Of a stretch of 64,000 nucleotides of DNA, positions 41,820 through 53,344 are shown piece by piece. The position numbers were made by a program, and so were the translations under genes. The notes beneath the pieces were generated by a model. The model was not told the origin of the DNA, ran no database searches, and saw only the letters and a program-made list of their open reading frames with translations. This DNA is from Octopus vulgaris (Eukaryota): the NCBI GenBank assembly GCA_951406725.2, contig OX597823.1, positions 91,078,001 through 91,142,000 of the forward strand, in the 5' to 3' direction. Numbering within the stretch: the stretch's first letter is position 1; every line of letters starts with the position of its first letter.

Positions 41820-42280
41820 TTTTCAAGTAAGGCGATGTTGGTAATGATCATGCTCGAATGGTGCCCTTTTACATGCCACTGGCATGGAAGCCTGTTGGCT
41901 GCTCTGGCAATGATCATGCTCGGATGGTGCTCTTGGCACCCTACTAGCACAGGCATAAGTGCTGGTAAGGCGATACTGGTAACGATCATACTTGAATAGC
42001 TGCTCTGTCAACAATCACACTCGTATGGTACTCTTTGCACCCCACTATCATGAATGCCAGTCATCGAATTGATTTTGCCTCAACAGGTCTTCACAAGCAG
42101 AGTTTAGTGACCAAAGAAGGAAAAGGTATGCATAAGCGGGCTGGTTATGCTCCAAGCATAGGCCACGGGTTATGGTCTCATCTTGCTTGCCGGGTCTTCT
42201 CAAACACAGCATATTTCCAAGTCATTTCCTTGGTGAGGCCTAATGTTTGAAGGTCATGCTTCACCACTTCATCTCAGTTT
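41820..42280 (-). mobile_element. Longer family C copy reaching the RTE ORF C-terminus
   Basis: Minus strand reads DEVVKHDLQTLGLTKEMT..WKYAVFEKTRQAR* upstream of the tandem 3' units. Confidence 0.72.
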
Positions 42281-42419
42281 CTGCTAATGTTGACTATGCC
42301 TTTTATCCCTTTGGGGTCAATAAAATAAATACCAACTGCACACTGGGGCCGATGTAATTGACTTAGCGCCTTCCACGAAATTGCTGGCCTTGTGCCAAGA
42401 CTTGAAACCAGTATCTGAG

Positions 42420-42580
42420 CTAGCGCTGAAGAATTCCTGGCTTTGTGTAAAAGAAAATACAGGAGGATCAGTTAATTATGATTTAATACAACGTATTCCC
42501 TTCTCAGATTCCACATTTATTGCAGGGGTCCTTCAGTTTTTCGAAATCCTGTATAAGAACTTTTCAACGCTCCCTCGTAC
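42420..42580. mobile_element. Mariner-type MITE fragment (related copy at ~36335-36460)
   Basis: Ends gaacttttcaacgctccctcg-TA; shared aaatacagga-gat-agttaatt-tgat. Confidence 0.6.
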
Positions 42581-43550
42581 ATTATAACAAATTTATTAGC
42601 AGTAAAGGGAAAGATATGAGGTGTTAAGAATGTTTGTATGCAGAAATATGTATGAGAAACCCATTCACATGATGTATGGTTCATACATACATACATACAT
42701 GCATGCATATTATATATATATAAGAAATAATTCTTTTTTCAGAATCAGGTCTCAAAGCACACACATGCTATAAATAATACCATGTAAATATTGGGATGCA
42801 AAAACCCTTTGCAAAACCCTGGGGTTGAATACCCTAATATTTACATACTGTAATTTATAGCGTTTATGTGGAGTTAAATATCAACAACATCTGATAGTGA
42901 GAGGACACAGGTTTATGTTGAACCTGTGGTTAAACAGACGCACACTAACCTTTCAAAATGTGTTACCTCAATTGAAAACACAAACAGACCAAGTTCACAG
43001 AATTACAGACTTAATATTTAGTATTCAGCATATTTCTTATTGAAATCTTGGAGGAGTGGACTCAGTGTCTTGACCCAATCAGCTTTGTTTTAATCTTCAC
43101 TTTGATCTGAGGTTGAAACTTAACAGGTTTTGAATTTGGCTTCCGTCATCACTGAATTCACAACCTTTTTTTTTTTGACCCAATAAGAAAGAAACTGAAA
43201 GTAAATCTTAACAAAATAATTTACATTGAATTGTCCAATAAAGAGCTGTCGATGTAGAAATATTTCTTTCTTCCTTATTTTGTCTGAGTTTCATATTGAA
43301 AGGAGTCAAATTTAAAATGGAAAAAACTTGCAAAAGATTTCTTATGAAATTTTTTTAAAAGAAAAAATTATATGTGTATGTGTTCGTCTGTGTGTGTGTG
43401 TGTTTATGTGTGTTTGTGTGTGCGTATGTTTGTGTGTGTTTGTGTGTGTGTATGTTTATGTGTGTGTATGTTTATGTGTGTGTGTGTGTTTGTGTACACA
43501 TAGGCAAATAAGTTTCTTATTGTGAAATGGCAATAATAATAGCAAGATTA

Positions 43551-43609
<59 letters not shown>

Positions 43610-43822
43610 CGATAATAATAATAATAACAATAATAATTATTTCAAATTTTTGCCACAAGGGCAGCTTGGGGGTAGGGGAGTAAGTCGATTATATCAACTC
43701 CAGTGGTATTTATTTAATCAGCCCCGAAAGGATGGAAGGCAATTTGAACTCAGAATGTAGCGGCAGACAAAATACTGTAAAGCATTTCGCCTGGATCGCT
43801 AATGATTCTGCCAACTTGTCTT

Positions 43823-43879
<57 letters not shown>

Positions 43880-43884
43880 CATAA

Positions 43885-44460
43885 TGATGATTTCATTTAT
43901 TTGCCACAAGAGTGAAAGATGAGGGGGACAATACAGAAACAGAGAAAGTGTTGGGGTTTACATATAATAATGAAAGAGGTGACGTATTCATAGCAATAAT
44001 AATAATAATAACAATAATAGACAACAAGAAGAGCTTGATGCGATTTGTAATGGATTGTTTTTCTAAAAGTTTGAACAATATTTCAAGAAATTGTCTGTCT
44101 TCTTCAGGTCCAAAACTTAAAGTGAAAAAAACCTGCAGAAATACAGAAATTCTAAACATAAACGAAGAGGGAACTGTCAGAATTTCTAAACAGTCCAGTT
44201 GTTATTGTTTATCTTTTTTATAAATTAATAATAATGATAAACTTTTCTACTCTTGGCACAAGGCCTGAAATTTTTTGAGTGGGGATGGGGCAGTCGCTTA
44301 AACTGATCCCAGTATGCAACTGGTACTTAATTTTTTGAACCCGAAAGGATGAAAGGCAAAGTTAATCTCGGCAGAATTTGAACTCAGAACATAAAGCTGG
44401 AAGAAAAACTGCTAAGAATTTAACCTGGCATGCTAATGATTCGGCCAGCTTGTAACCTTG
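43885..44460 (-). repeat. Composite of SINE B, unique spacer and retro-type tail; duplicated at 48160-48685
   Basis: 43890-44360 is highly similar to 48160-48685 in the same orientation. Confidence 0.88.
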
Positions 44461-44719
44461 ATAATAATAATAATGATCATCATCATCAGCAGCATCATCA
44501 TCATCGTCGTTTAACATATGCTTTCCATGCTGGCATGGGTTGGACAGTTTGACTTAGGACTGGTGAGCCAGAGGCTGCACCAGGCTCACTCTGATTTGGC
44601 AAAGTTTCTACAGCAAGATGCCCTTCCTAACGCTAACCACTCTGAGAGTGTAGTGGGTGCTTTTATGTGCCACCAACACGAGGACTAGTCAGGCGGTTCT
44701 GGCAACGACAATGCTCAAA

Positions 44720-44757
<38 letters not shown>

Positions 44758-45739
44758 TAATAATAATAATACGATGTCAGTATCGACAAAACAAGGGAGT
44801 CAAATACTGTACTGTTGTCAACTTTTTTTTATATGTTTTTTATCTTTCACAGCTGGTCCACAATAACTTTGCGCAGTTTTTGGAGTTCATAAAGGCCTCC
44901 ATTTATCATTTTTGCCCTATAAGTACTAATTAAAGAATGAATTTGAAAGACAACTTTCAGACAAACCATCATAGATAATATTTCTTGCTTTGAGAATACC
45001 GAATATACTTGAGGTTACGTTGTAAACATTTACTTGCTTTGCGCTGAACACAAACGTGGATTCTATCTGGGAACTGGAAATGATAAACAAGTAACAAAAG
45101 CCACAGAATCTCCATCAGTAAATCACGAGTTTTCTTTCTCTCGTTGCCTTTTCATGCATCATTCACATTGTCAGTAAAATGGTCGCTTGCTGAGGTATCT
45201 ATTCTTTGACTTTCTTCTCAACAAACAATGTGTTTTTATTCTTCACTTGCACTCGACTGCCTTTGATCTAATTTTGTTCAACCCATATATAATAACAACC
45301 ATGTTCCTTATTAGTAGAGATATGGACCAATTTTCTGCGGAGAAATACTTTACATTGGTACGTAGAGAATAAAAGTGGAAATGTGACTGATTAGGAAGAA
45401 AAAGAACAAAAACATACCAATGTACCATCCACTCTCCATCAACGTTCACACAAAGACGTGCATGTACCGATGTTCATTGCTGTTTGTTAGTAAGTAAAAT
45501 GTATACAAGTGAAATAGTAATGAAGGTGTTTTTTTGAAAGGAATTAAAGCATGCAACACACGTAGAGGAATCTATTTACTGGAAAATTCAAAATGGAGTA
45601 AATATTATTGTGCATGGAGCTTGAATCAGTTGCATGACGAAGAAATTGTGTGCGCATGTATGTTGTTATCTAATCTTAAAGAGAGCATGCATGTCTTTGT
45701 GCGTGAGTGGGTGCATATATGTGTGTATGTGTGTGTGTG

Positions 45740-45787
<48 letters not shown>

Positions 45788-45834
45788 CATACACATACAT
45801 ACATACATATATATATGTATGTATGTATATATGT

Positions 45835-46133
45835 GGAGGCGCAATGGCTCAGTGGTTAGAGCAGCAGACTCGCAGTTGTAGGATTGCAGTTTCGATTACC
45901 AGACCAGGCATTGTGAGTGTTCATTGAAAATACCTAAAGTTCCACGACGCTCTGGCAGGGGGTAGTGGTGATCCCTGCTGTACTCTTTCGCCACAGCCTT
46001 TTCTCACTCTTTTTTCTGTTGGCCTGCTTGCTTCGCCAGCAGGGTGGTGTCATTTGAAAGCTAAAACAATGCGAAGCGCTTTGTGAGCAACGATGTGTAG
46101 CAACATCTGATAGCCTGGTCGGTCACGGTCACG

Positions 46134-46137
<4 letters not shown>
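45835..46137 (+). mobile_element. tRNA-derived SINE family E with an alternative 3' tail
   Basis: tggctcagtgg A box, gtttcgattacc B box; diverges from the 37070 copy after ttctcactct. Confidence 0.8.
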
Positions 46138-46184
<47 letters not shown>

Positions 46185-46187
<3 letters not shown>

Positions 46188-46600
46188 GAATTTGCAAAAA
46201 AATCAAAAGATGAAGACGGCTGTGTAAACAACAAACATGTGTTAGTTTAATGCTTGGGAAGTGAGAAATTCTTTTATGTTTCGAGCCTACGCTCTTCGAC
46301 AGGAAGGAACACGGAAATAAACAGGGAGAGAAAATAGAAAAAGTTTTAGTGGCTAGTGATCTATTATGGTGAATGCCAGACAGAGGGATCACACAGGAAA
46401 GCTTGGAAGAAGGGGAGATAATAAAGTAATAATAAAGTAGTACTGATCCCAAAATGAAGGTGTGTGTGCATGTGTGCACGTGTAGGTGCTGGGAAGTGGT
46501 CAGTGCTAGTGTGTGCGGGGTGGTGTGATGTGGTGTGGTGTGGTGGTGTTGGGGTGTGGGTAGGTCCGAGTGGGGGAAACCAAGAGTGGGGATAGGGGTG
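46185..46600 (-). mobile_element. Penelope-like terminal repeat (family G) with an HHR-like motif at 46271-46306
   Basis: Minus strand CUGUCGA-A-GAGC(GUAG)GCUC-GAAA-CA-UA-AAAG; homologous to 49170-49730. Confidence 0.7.
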
Positions 46601-46604
46601 GGAA

Positions 46605-46817
46605 TATATATATTGTTGATCCAAACATGAAAACACAGAGAAAACACAACGCAAGGACGTGGAACAAGTATAGTATTATTGGACGTTCAGGAGGTTTAGA
46701 AGAAGGAGGGTTTAACGTTTTGAGTGGAGCTCTTCATCAGAAACATAGGAAAACAAAAGATCCAAAGAAGGGAAGACAGAGAAAAAAAATCGCCAATGGT
46801 ACACACGCTGTCACATT

Positions 46818-46820
<3 letters not shown>
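46605..46820 (-). mobile_element. Penelope-like terminal repeat (family H) with an HHR motif at 46710-46744
   Basis: Minus strand GUUU-CUGAUGA-A-GAG(CUCCA)CUC-AAAA-CG-UU-AAAC; G12 has become A, consistent with CpG decay. Confidence 0.68.
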
Positions 46821-46852
<32 letters not shown>

Positions 46853-46857
<5 letters not shown>

Positions 46858-47439
46858 GAAAGAAGGTTTGAAAATGCAATTTAAAAGATGTTTATTTACT
46901 TTACCGGTTTCACTCTTTGGAAAAAGATTGTCAAAAGTAACATGAAGAAGTTTGGTTGCGTTAATTATTGGTTGTTACAAATTGCTACATTACATATATA
47001 CAGTCTTTGGTAACAGGGACATGTTAAGGACATAAAAAAGTTCAACAAGTTCCTTAAAATATTGGGCACAAAAGATTACATAAATAATCGTTCTCAAGGA
47101 CATATGTAAGATAGTTTCCAGAAGGAATTGATATTGGTATTGTATCTGTATATTCAATACCAATATCAATTCCTTCTGGAAACTATCTTAAGTATGTCCT
47201 TGAGAACGATTATTTAATCTTTTGTGCCCAATATTTTAAGGAACTTGTTGAACTTTTATGTCCTTAACATGTCCCTGTTACCAAAGACTATATATATGTA
47301 ATGTAGCAATTTGCAACAACCAATAATTAATGCAAACAAACTTCTACATGTTACTTTTGACAATCTTTTTACAAAGAGTGAAACCGGTAAAGTAAATAAA
47401 CATCTTTTAAATTGCATTTTCAAACCTTCTTTTGTATAT
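46853..47439. repeat. ~590-bp near-perfect palindrome (~290-bp arms, loop 47143-47154) with an HHR-like motif in each arm
   Basis: The arms are reverse complements; UUACUU-UUGACAA-UCUUU..AAAGA-GU-GAAA-CCGG-UA-AAGUAA at 47351-47395 (+) and 46896-46940 (-). Confidence 0.92.
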
Positions 47440-47741
47440 AATTCCACTCGTGCGGTACCCCACAACTCCACTTTGTTATATATATATATATATATATATA
47501 TATCTCAGATCCTTTATCTTTTACTTGTTTCAGTCATTAGACTGCGGCCATGCTGGGGGACCACCTTGAAGAATTTTATTCAAATGAATTGATCCTTGCA
47601 CTTGTTTATTTTTTAAAGATTGTTTGTTTTTTTATATGAATAAATGTACTATATACACTTATAAGTATAGGTATGCATAAAAACATATATACATGCTGTT
47701 CTATCAGTATTTAAGCATTGAAATCCATATTTTTCTAATTG

Positions 47742-47796
<55 letters not shown>

Positions 47797-47802
47797 AGTA
47801 TA

Positions 47803-48086
47803 TAAATTAGTGTACATTTAAAGACAAAGAGGCGAGCCTTAACAGGTCGTCTTACATACTAGAAAGAACAGTCAAAAAGTCCAAACCACAGTTCAGAGCA
47901 ATTTCGAAGGGAATGAAAAATAAAAACATTTACCATGTTTTACAGCTGGACCTTACGTTTCGAACTTCAGTTAGCAAATAAAATAATTTGCAAGGTGAAG
48001 TTCTCATCAGCAGATATGCCAAAACATTAACATATAAATTAGAGACCAAATAACGCGTGTCTCATCCTTATATATTATAAGTTTTC

Positions 48087-48135
<49 letters not shown>

Positions 48136-48268
48136 TAATAATAATAAATAATAATAATAATGATTTCATTTATTTACCACAAAAGTGAAAGATGAAGGGG
48201 ACAATACAGAAACAGGAGAAAGTGTTGGGGTTTACATATAATAATGAAAGAGGAGAAATATTCATAGC

Positions 48269-48339
<71 letters not shown>

Positions 48340-49143
48340 TAATAGACAACAAGGAGAGTTTGATGTGATTTGTAATGGATTGTCTTTCTAAAAGTTTGAA
48401 CAATATTTCAAGAAATTGTCTGTCTTCTTCAGGTCCAAAACTTAAAGTGAAAAAAACCTGCAGAAATACAGAAATTCTAAACATAAACGAAGAGGGAACT
48501 GTCAAATTTCTAAACAGTCCAGTTGTTATTGTTTATCCTTTTTATAAATCAATAACAATGATAAACTTTTCTACTCTTGGCACAAGGCCTGAAATTTTTG
48601 GAGAAGGGGTGAGGCAGGCGCTTAGACTGACCACAGTACGCAACTGGTACTTAATTTTTCGACCCCGAAAGAATGAAAGGCAAAGTGCAGTTTCAATCAA
48701 CAGCAAATAAAAATTCCGATTAAACTTCAGAAATTGCTAAAATCATTTTTTAAAATTAATATAGGGCAGGAAAAATTATAGAAATTTTTATCTACTATTG
48801 GCCTAGCATGTATACAATTTATATGTTAATGTTTTGGCATACCCGCTGATGAGAAGTTCGCCTTGCAAATTATTTTATTTGTTAATTGAAGTTCGAAACA
48901 TAAGGTCCGGCTGTAAAACATGGTAAATGTTTTTATTATTTAATCCCTTTGAAATTGCTCTGAACTGTGGTTTGGACATTTTGACTATTCTTTCTAGTAT
49001 GTTAGGCAACCTGTTAAGGCTCGCCTCTTTGTGTTTAAATGTACACTAATTTTTATATGCAAAAATATGTCTATTGACTTTGTATACATGCTAGGCAACT
49101 GGTAGAAAAAAATTCTATAGTTTTTCCTACCCTATATTAATTT
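47803..49143. mobile_element. Inverted pair of ~235-bp HHR-bearing elements (47803-48040 - and 48818-49052 +); the second is flanked by its own ~65-bp inverted repeats
   Basis: CUGAUGA-GAACUUCA...UGAAGUUC-GAAA-CG-UA at 47950-48015 (-); diverged copy at 48841-48906 (+); 48755-48820 is the reverse complement of 49079-49143. Confidence 0.82.
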
Positions 49144-49169
49144 ATAAATATATATATATGTATATATAT

Positions 49170-49730
49170 ATCATATCCTATCCTATCCTACACCCCCTCC
49201 CACACATACCCCACTTCTACCCCCATCCTCTGCCTACCCACAAACCCCAACTCTACCCCAACCCCCAGCTGAACCCACACCCCACCCGTGCTTTCCCCAC
49301 TCTCGACTCCCCCACCTCCCCACAACATCACACCACATCACACTACACCATACAACATTACACATCACATCACAACACACCACCCATACACCCATCCCCA
49401 CATCTTCACACCTACACATACATACATGCACACGTCCAGACCACCAGCCCTCTTTCACACGCACATACATACTCTCTTATACACACACGCACCCTTGTGT
49501 TGGGGGCACCTTTGTGTTTGACCCTTCTGTCCGGCACTAGTCGCCATGATAGATCGTTAGCCACTACACACATTTTTTTCTCTCCTTGTTTTTTCTGTGT
49601 CCCTTTCTGTAGAAGAGCGTAGGCTCGAAATGTAAAAAACTTTTTCTATTCATGAGCATTATACTAATACATCTGTTTGTTTTGTACACCACCTGTCATC
49701 GTCTTTTGTTTTTTCGTAAACTCTCCCTAT
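49170..49730 (+). mobile_element. Penelope-like terminal repeat (family G) with an HHR-like motif at 49603-49638
   Basis: CUUU-CUGUAGA-A-GAGC(GUAG)GCUC-GAAA-UG-UA-AAAA. Confidence 0.7.
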
Positions 49731-49755
49731 ATATATGTATATATATATATATATA

Positions 49756-49935
49756 CTAGCAGTATTGCTCGGCATTGTTCGGGTTTGTTTTCTTTTCGAC
49801 CCTCTAGAATTGGAAGTTTTGAAAAGTAAAAATTTTGCATTATGTAGCTTATTATTCTCTTTAAGTGAAAAATTTTCTGGTTGAAATACACCGAAAAATG
49901 GTGACACAGCAGTCAAAAAATCGTAATAAATACAT
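49756..49935 (-). mobile_element. Helitron 3' end, truncated (second subfamily)
   Basis: a|ctagcagtattgctcggcattgttcgggtttg matches the terminus at 16155; the interior differs. Confidence 0.7.
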
Positions 49936-50466
49936 GCATAGAATGGCAAGAGTTGGCAGGGCCTGGAACCACACAAGGTTCAATTGTCCGTTTTGGTATG
50001 GTCTTTATGGCTGGATGTCCTTCCTAATACCAACCATTTTACAAAGTGTGCAGGATGCCTTATTTTGCGGTATCAGGAACAGTGCTTTTTATTTATAAAA
50101 TTTATAAATATACATACGTATAACAAAACACATAATACATAAATATGCAAATACATGCATATACATACATACATACACAGTATGTATAAGTATATGTATA
50201 ACCATACATGTGCATGTCTATATATGGTATATACACATATGTGTATCTGCAAGCATGTGTTTGGAGACTTGGTATGTTTGTGCATGTGTGTATGTGTGTG
50301 TATACACACACAGATACACACATGCACAATTACACATGCACACACACACATACTTGGAAACAGATGCATCATGTTCAATTAAATAATAAATAATAGATAA
50401 TATATATATATTTTGCATTATTTATATGTATATATATATATATTATATTATATATATATGTATATA

Positions 50467-50511
<45 letters not shown>

Positions 50512-50556
50512 TGATAAATTGAAGGATTGGATTGTATGCACATATACTTTCACATG

Positions 50557-50607
<51 letters not shown>

Positions 50608-50862
50608 ATAAAACATATTGATGTCAGATGTCTTACTTGCAGAGTGAGAATGCAAGTAAGGTATTTCACATCAATAAATAGTAAAATATAATCTTTCTAA
50701 CTTGATCTAAATATTCTCTTTCTTTATCTGTGTCAACTTGTCGCATATGTTCTCAATTTTTGCCTCCTCACTCGACCTGTATACCTACATAACTACCTGC
50801 TTACGTACATACAACATACATATGTACGTATGTACCTACACACATACATGCATACATGCATT

Positions 50863-51497
50863 CAGGCGAAGTTTCGTTTGTCGTAGCACACGTTTCCGTC
50901 GATTTCCGTAAAAAACTTTTATTTTTTTACATATGGCTTTGCGGGAATATTTGAAGTAATGAGAGTGAAAGAGACTAAGAGGAAGCGATTTTATGACGAG
51001 GGAATTTCTTTTTGAAGTCCCCGTGTGTGTGTTTGATGGGGTGTGGGAGACAGACAGTATGTTGTGTAAGTGAAGTGCTTCTGTTAGTGTGTGCGAAGAG
51101 ACAGAGAGAGTAATGTGTGAAAGAGAGAGATAACTGAAATTTTTTACTCGGTGTATGTGTATATGTATGTGTGTGTGTGTATGTATCTATGTATGTGTGT
51201 GTGTATGTAGATGTGTGTGTGTGTGTAAGTATGTGTGTGTGTATGTATGTATGTATGGCCGATTCCGTGTAATTTTTTACTCGGTGTATGTGTATATGTA
51301 TGTATGTCTGCATGTATGTGTGTGTGTGTATGTATCTATGTATGTGTGTGTGTGTATGTATGTGTGTGTGTATGTATGTGTGTATGTATGTATGTATGTA
51401 TGTATGGCCGATTCAGTGTTTACATTTTTTACGGAAATCGACAATCGACGGAGGAAATCGACGGAAACGTGTGCTACGACAAACGAAACTTCGCTTG
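50863..51497. mobile_element. MITE-like element with ~45-50-bp CpG-rich TIRs
   Basis: caggcgaagtttcgtttgtcgtagcacacgtttccgtcgatttcc vs ggaaatcgacggaaacgtgtgctacgacaaacgaaacttcgcttg; superfamily uncertain. Confidence 0.8.
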
Positions 51498-51599
51498 CAT
51501 TCATGTGTCTTTGTGTGTGTGTATGTATGTGTGTGTGTTGATATTTTGCATGTGTATATATGAGTTTATGTAGAGATCAATCTCTTTATGTGGTACCAG

Positions 51600-52750
51600 C
51601 TGGAGTGGCTGTATGGTAAGTAACTTGCTTATCAACCACATGGTTCTGGGTTCAGTCCCACTGCATGGCACCTAGGGCAAGTGTCTTTTACTATACCCTT
51701 GGGCTGACCAAAGCCTTGTGAGTGGATTTGGTAGACAGAATCTGAAAGAAGCCCGTCGTGTATATATATATATGTATGTATTTGTGTCTGTGTTTGTCCT
51801 CCCACCATCGCTAGACAACTGATGTTGGTGTGTTTACATCCCCATAAATTAATGGTTTGGCAAAACACACCAACAGAAAAATACTAGGCTTACAAAGAAT
51901 AAATCCTGGGGTTGATTTGTTCAACTAAAGGCATTGCTCAAACATGGCCACAGACTTGTCTGATTGTCACCTGTGCCGGTGGCATGTGAAGAGCACCATT
52001 CAAGCATTGGACTTCATGGAGTCAGTGACAGGTGACCAACACCTTTGGCGATATGCAATGCTTGTGTTCACCTGTGAAGCCAGGTGAGACTATAGTCAGG
52101 GCTGATGTCAGTATCAGGTCAATGACACCCGTGCAGGTGGCACATAAAATGCAGTCACTATATGCTTGGAATGGTTGGCATTAGGAAGGGTATCCAGCTG
52201 TAGAAACCTTGCTAGATCAGATAGGAAACTAGAGCAGCCCCACATGTCAACCAGTTTTCAATCAAACCATTCATCCCATGCCAGCATAGAAAACGGATGT
52301 TAAATGATGATGATGAAGATGATGATGAAGATGATGATATATTGTATTGATATTTAGCAAAAGCAACAGATTGACTCATGCTCTGAGAGTTTTGTGTACT
52401 GGCGGTTGCCTTACTAGCACATGTGCCAGTGGCGCATGAAAAACAACATTCAAACATGGTCGTTGCCAGTGCCACCAGACTGGCTCCCGTGCAGGTGGCA
52501 TGTAAAAAACACCTTTTGAGCATGGTTGTTGCCAGATACGCCTGACTGGCTCTCATGCCGGTGGCCCGTAAAAGCACCCACTACACTCTCGTAGTGGTTG
52601 GCAATAGGAAGGGCATCAAGCGGTAGAAACTTTGCCAGATCAGATTGGAACCTGGTGCAGCCTTCTGGCTCACCAGTCCTCAGTCAAACTGTCCAACCCA
52701 TACCAGCATGGAAAGCAGACGTTAAAAGACGACAACGACGACGATGATGA
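51600..52750 (+). mobile_element. SINE A (51600-51950) followed by two family C elements
   Basis: Family motifs. Confidence 0.78.
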
Positions 52751-53344
52751 TGATATATATATGTATATTCTCTTGTTAACATGTTATTTTTTTATGGGTT
52801 TCAGAATAACGGCAACGCCCATGCTGTGGCACTGCCAACTGCAAGTATTTGCCTGCTAATAAAACAGGCAACCGCAAGTCTGCTGCCTTAACCACTGAGC
52901 CATTGTGCCTCCACGCACACACACATACACATACACACACACACACACATATATAGACATGCATACACATTTCATAGATCACAATTATTTGCTAACACGG
53001 ATCCACATTAAATCTATACCCATCAATACATATATAACTCAACATACATCATATTATATATTAACATTAACTTACAAAAACATGTGCACACACACACACA
53101 CACATACACACACACACACATGTACACTCACACATATGCAAGACACTTGTATCTAATCATGCACATTAACAGGTATCTCTTCCTCTCTCTCTCTCTCTGC
53201 CTCTCCACATGTATGTGTGTGGGCGCGTGTGCGAGTGCCTGTAGCTGAAAAGCCAAATCTTGTTGCAATTTGATGCAAATATGTTATGCAATGGATGACC
53301 TAAACAGTATTGTAAATAATACCTGTCTTTAATTAGATAAAGGT

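Noticed and set aside
43893-44223. ORFs conserved between the two duplicated copies
   Set aside because: The similarity is explained by recent duplication; the frames include (AAT)n and differ in stops
45835-45915. tRNA-like sequences (also 37070, 56511, 32720)
   Set aside because: They are SINE heads without a complete cloverleaf and continue into repeat bodies
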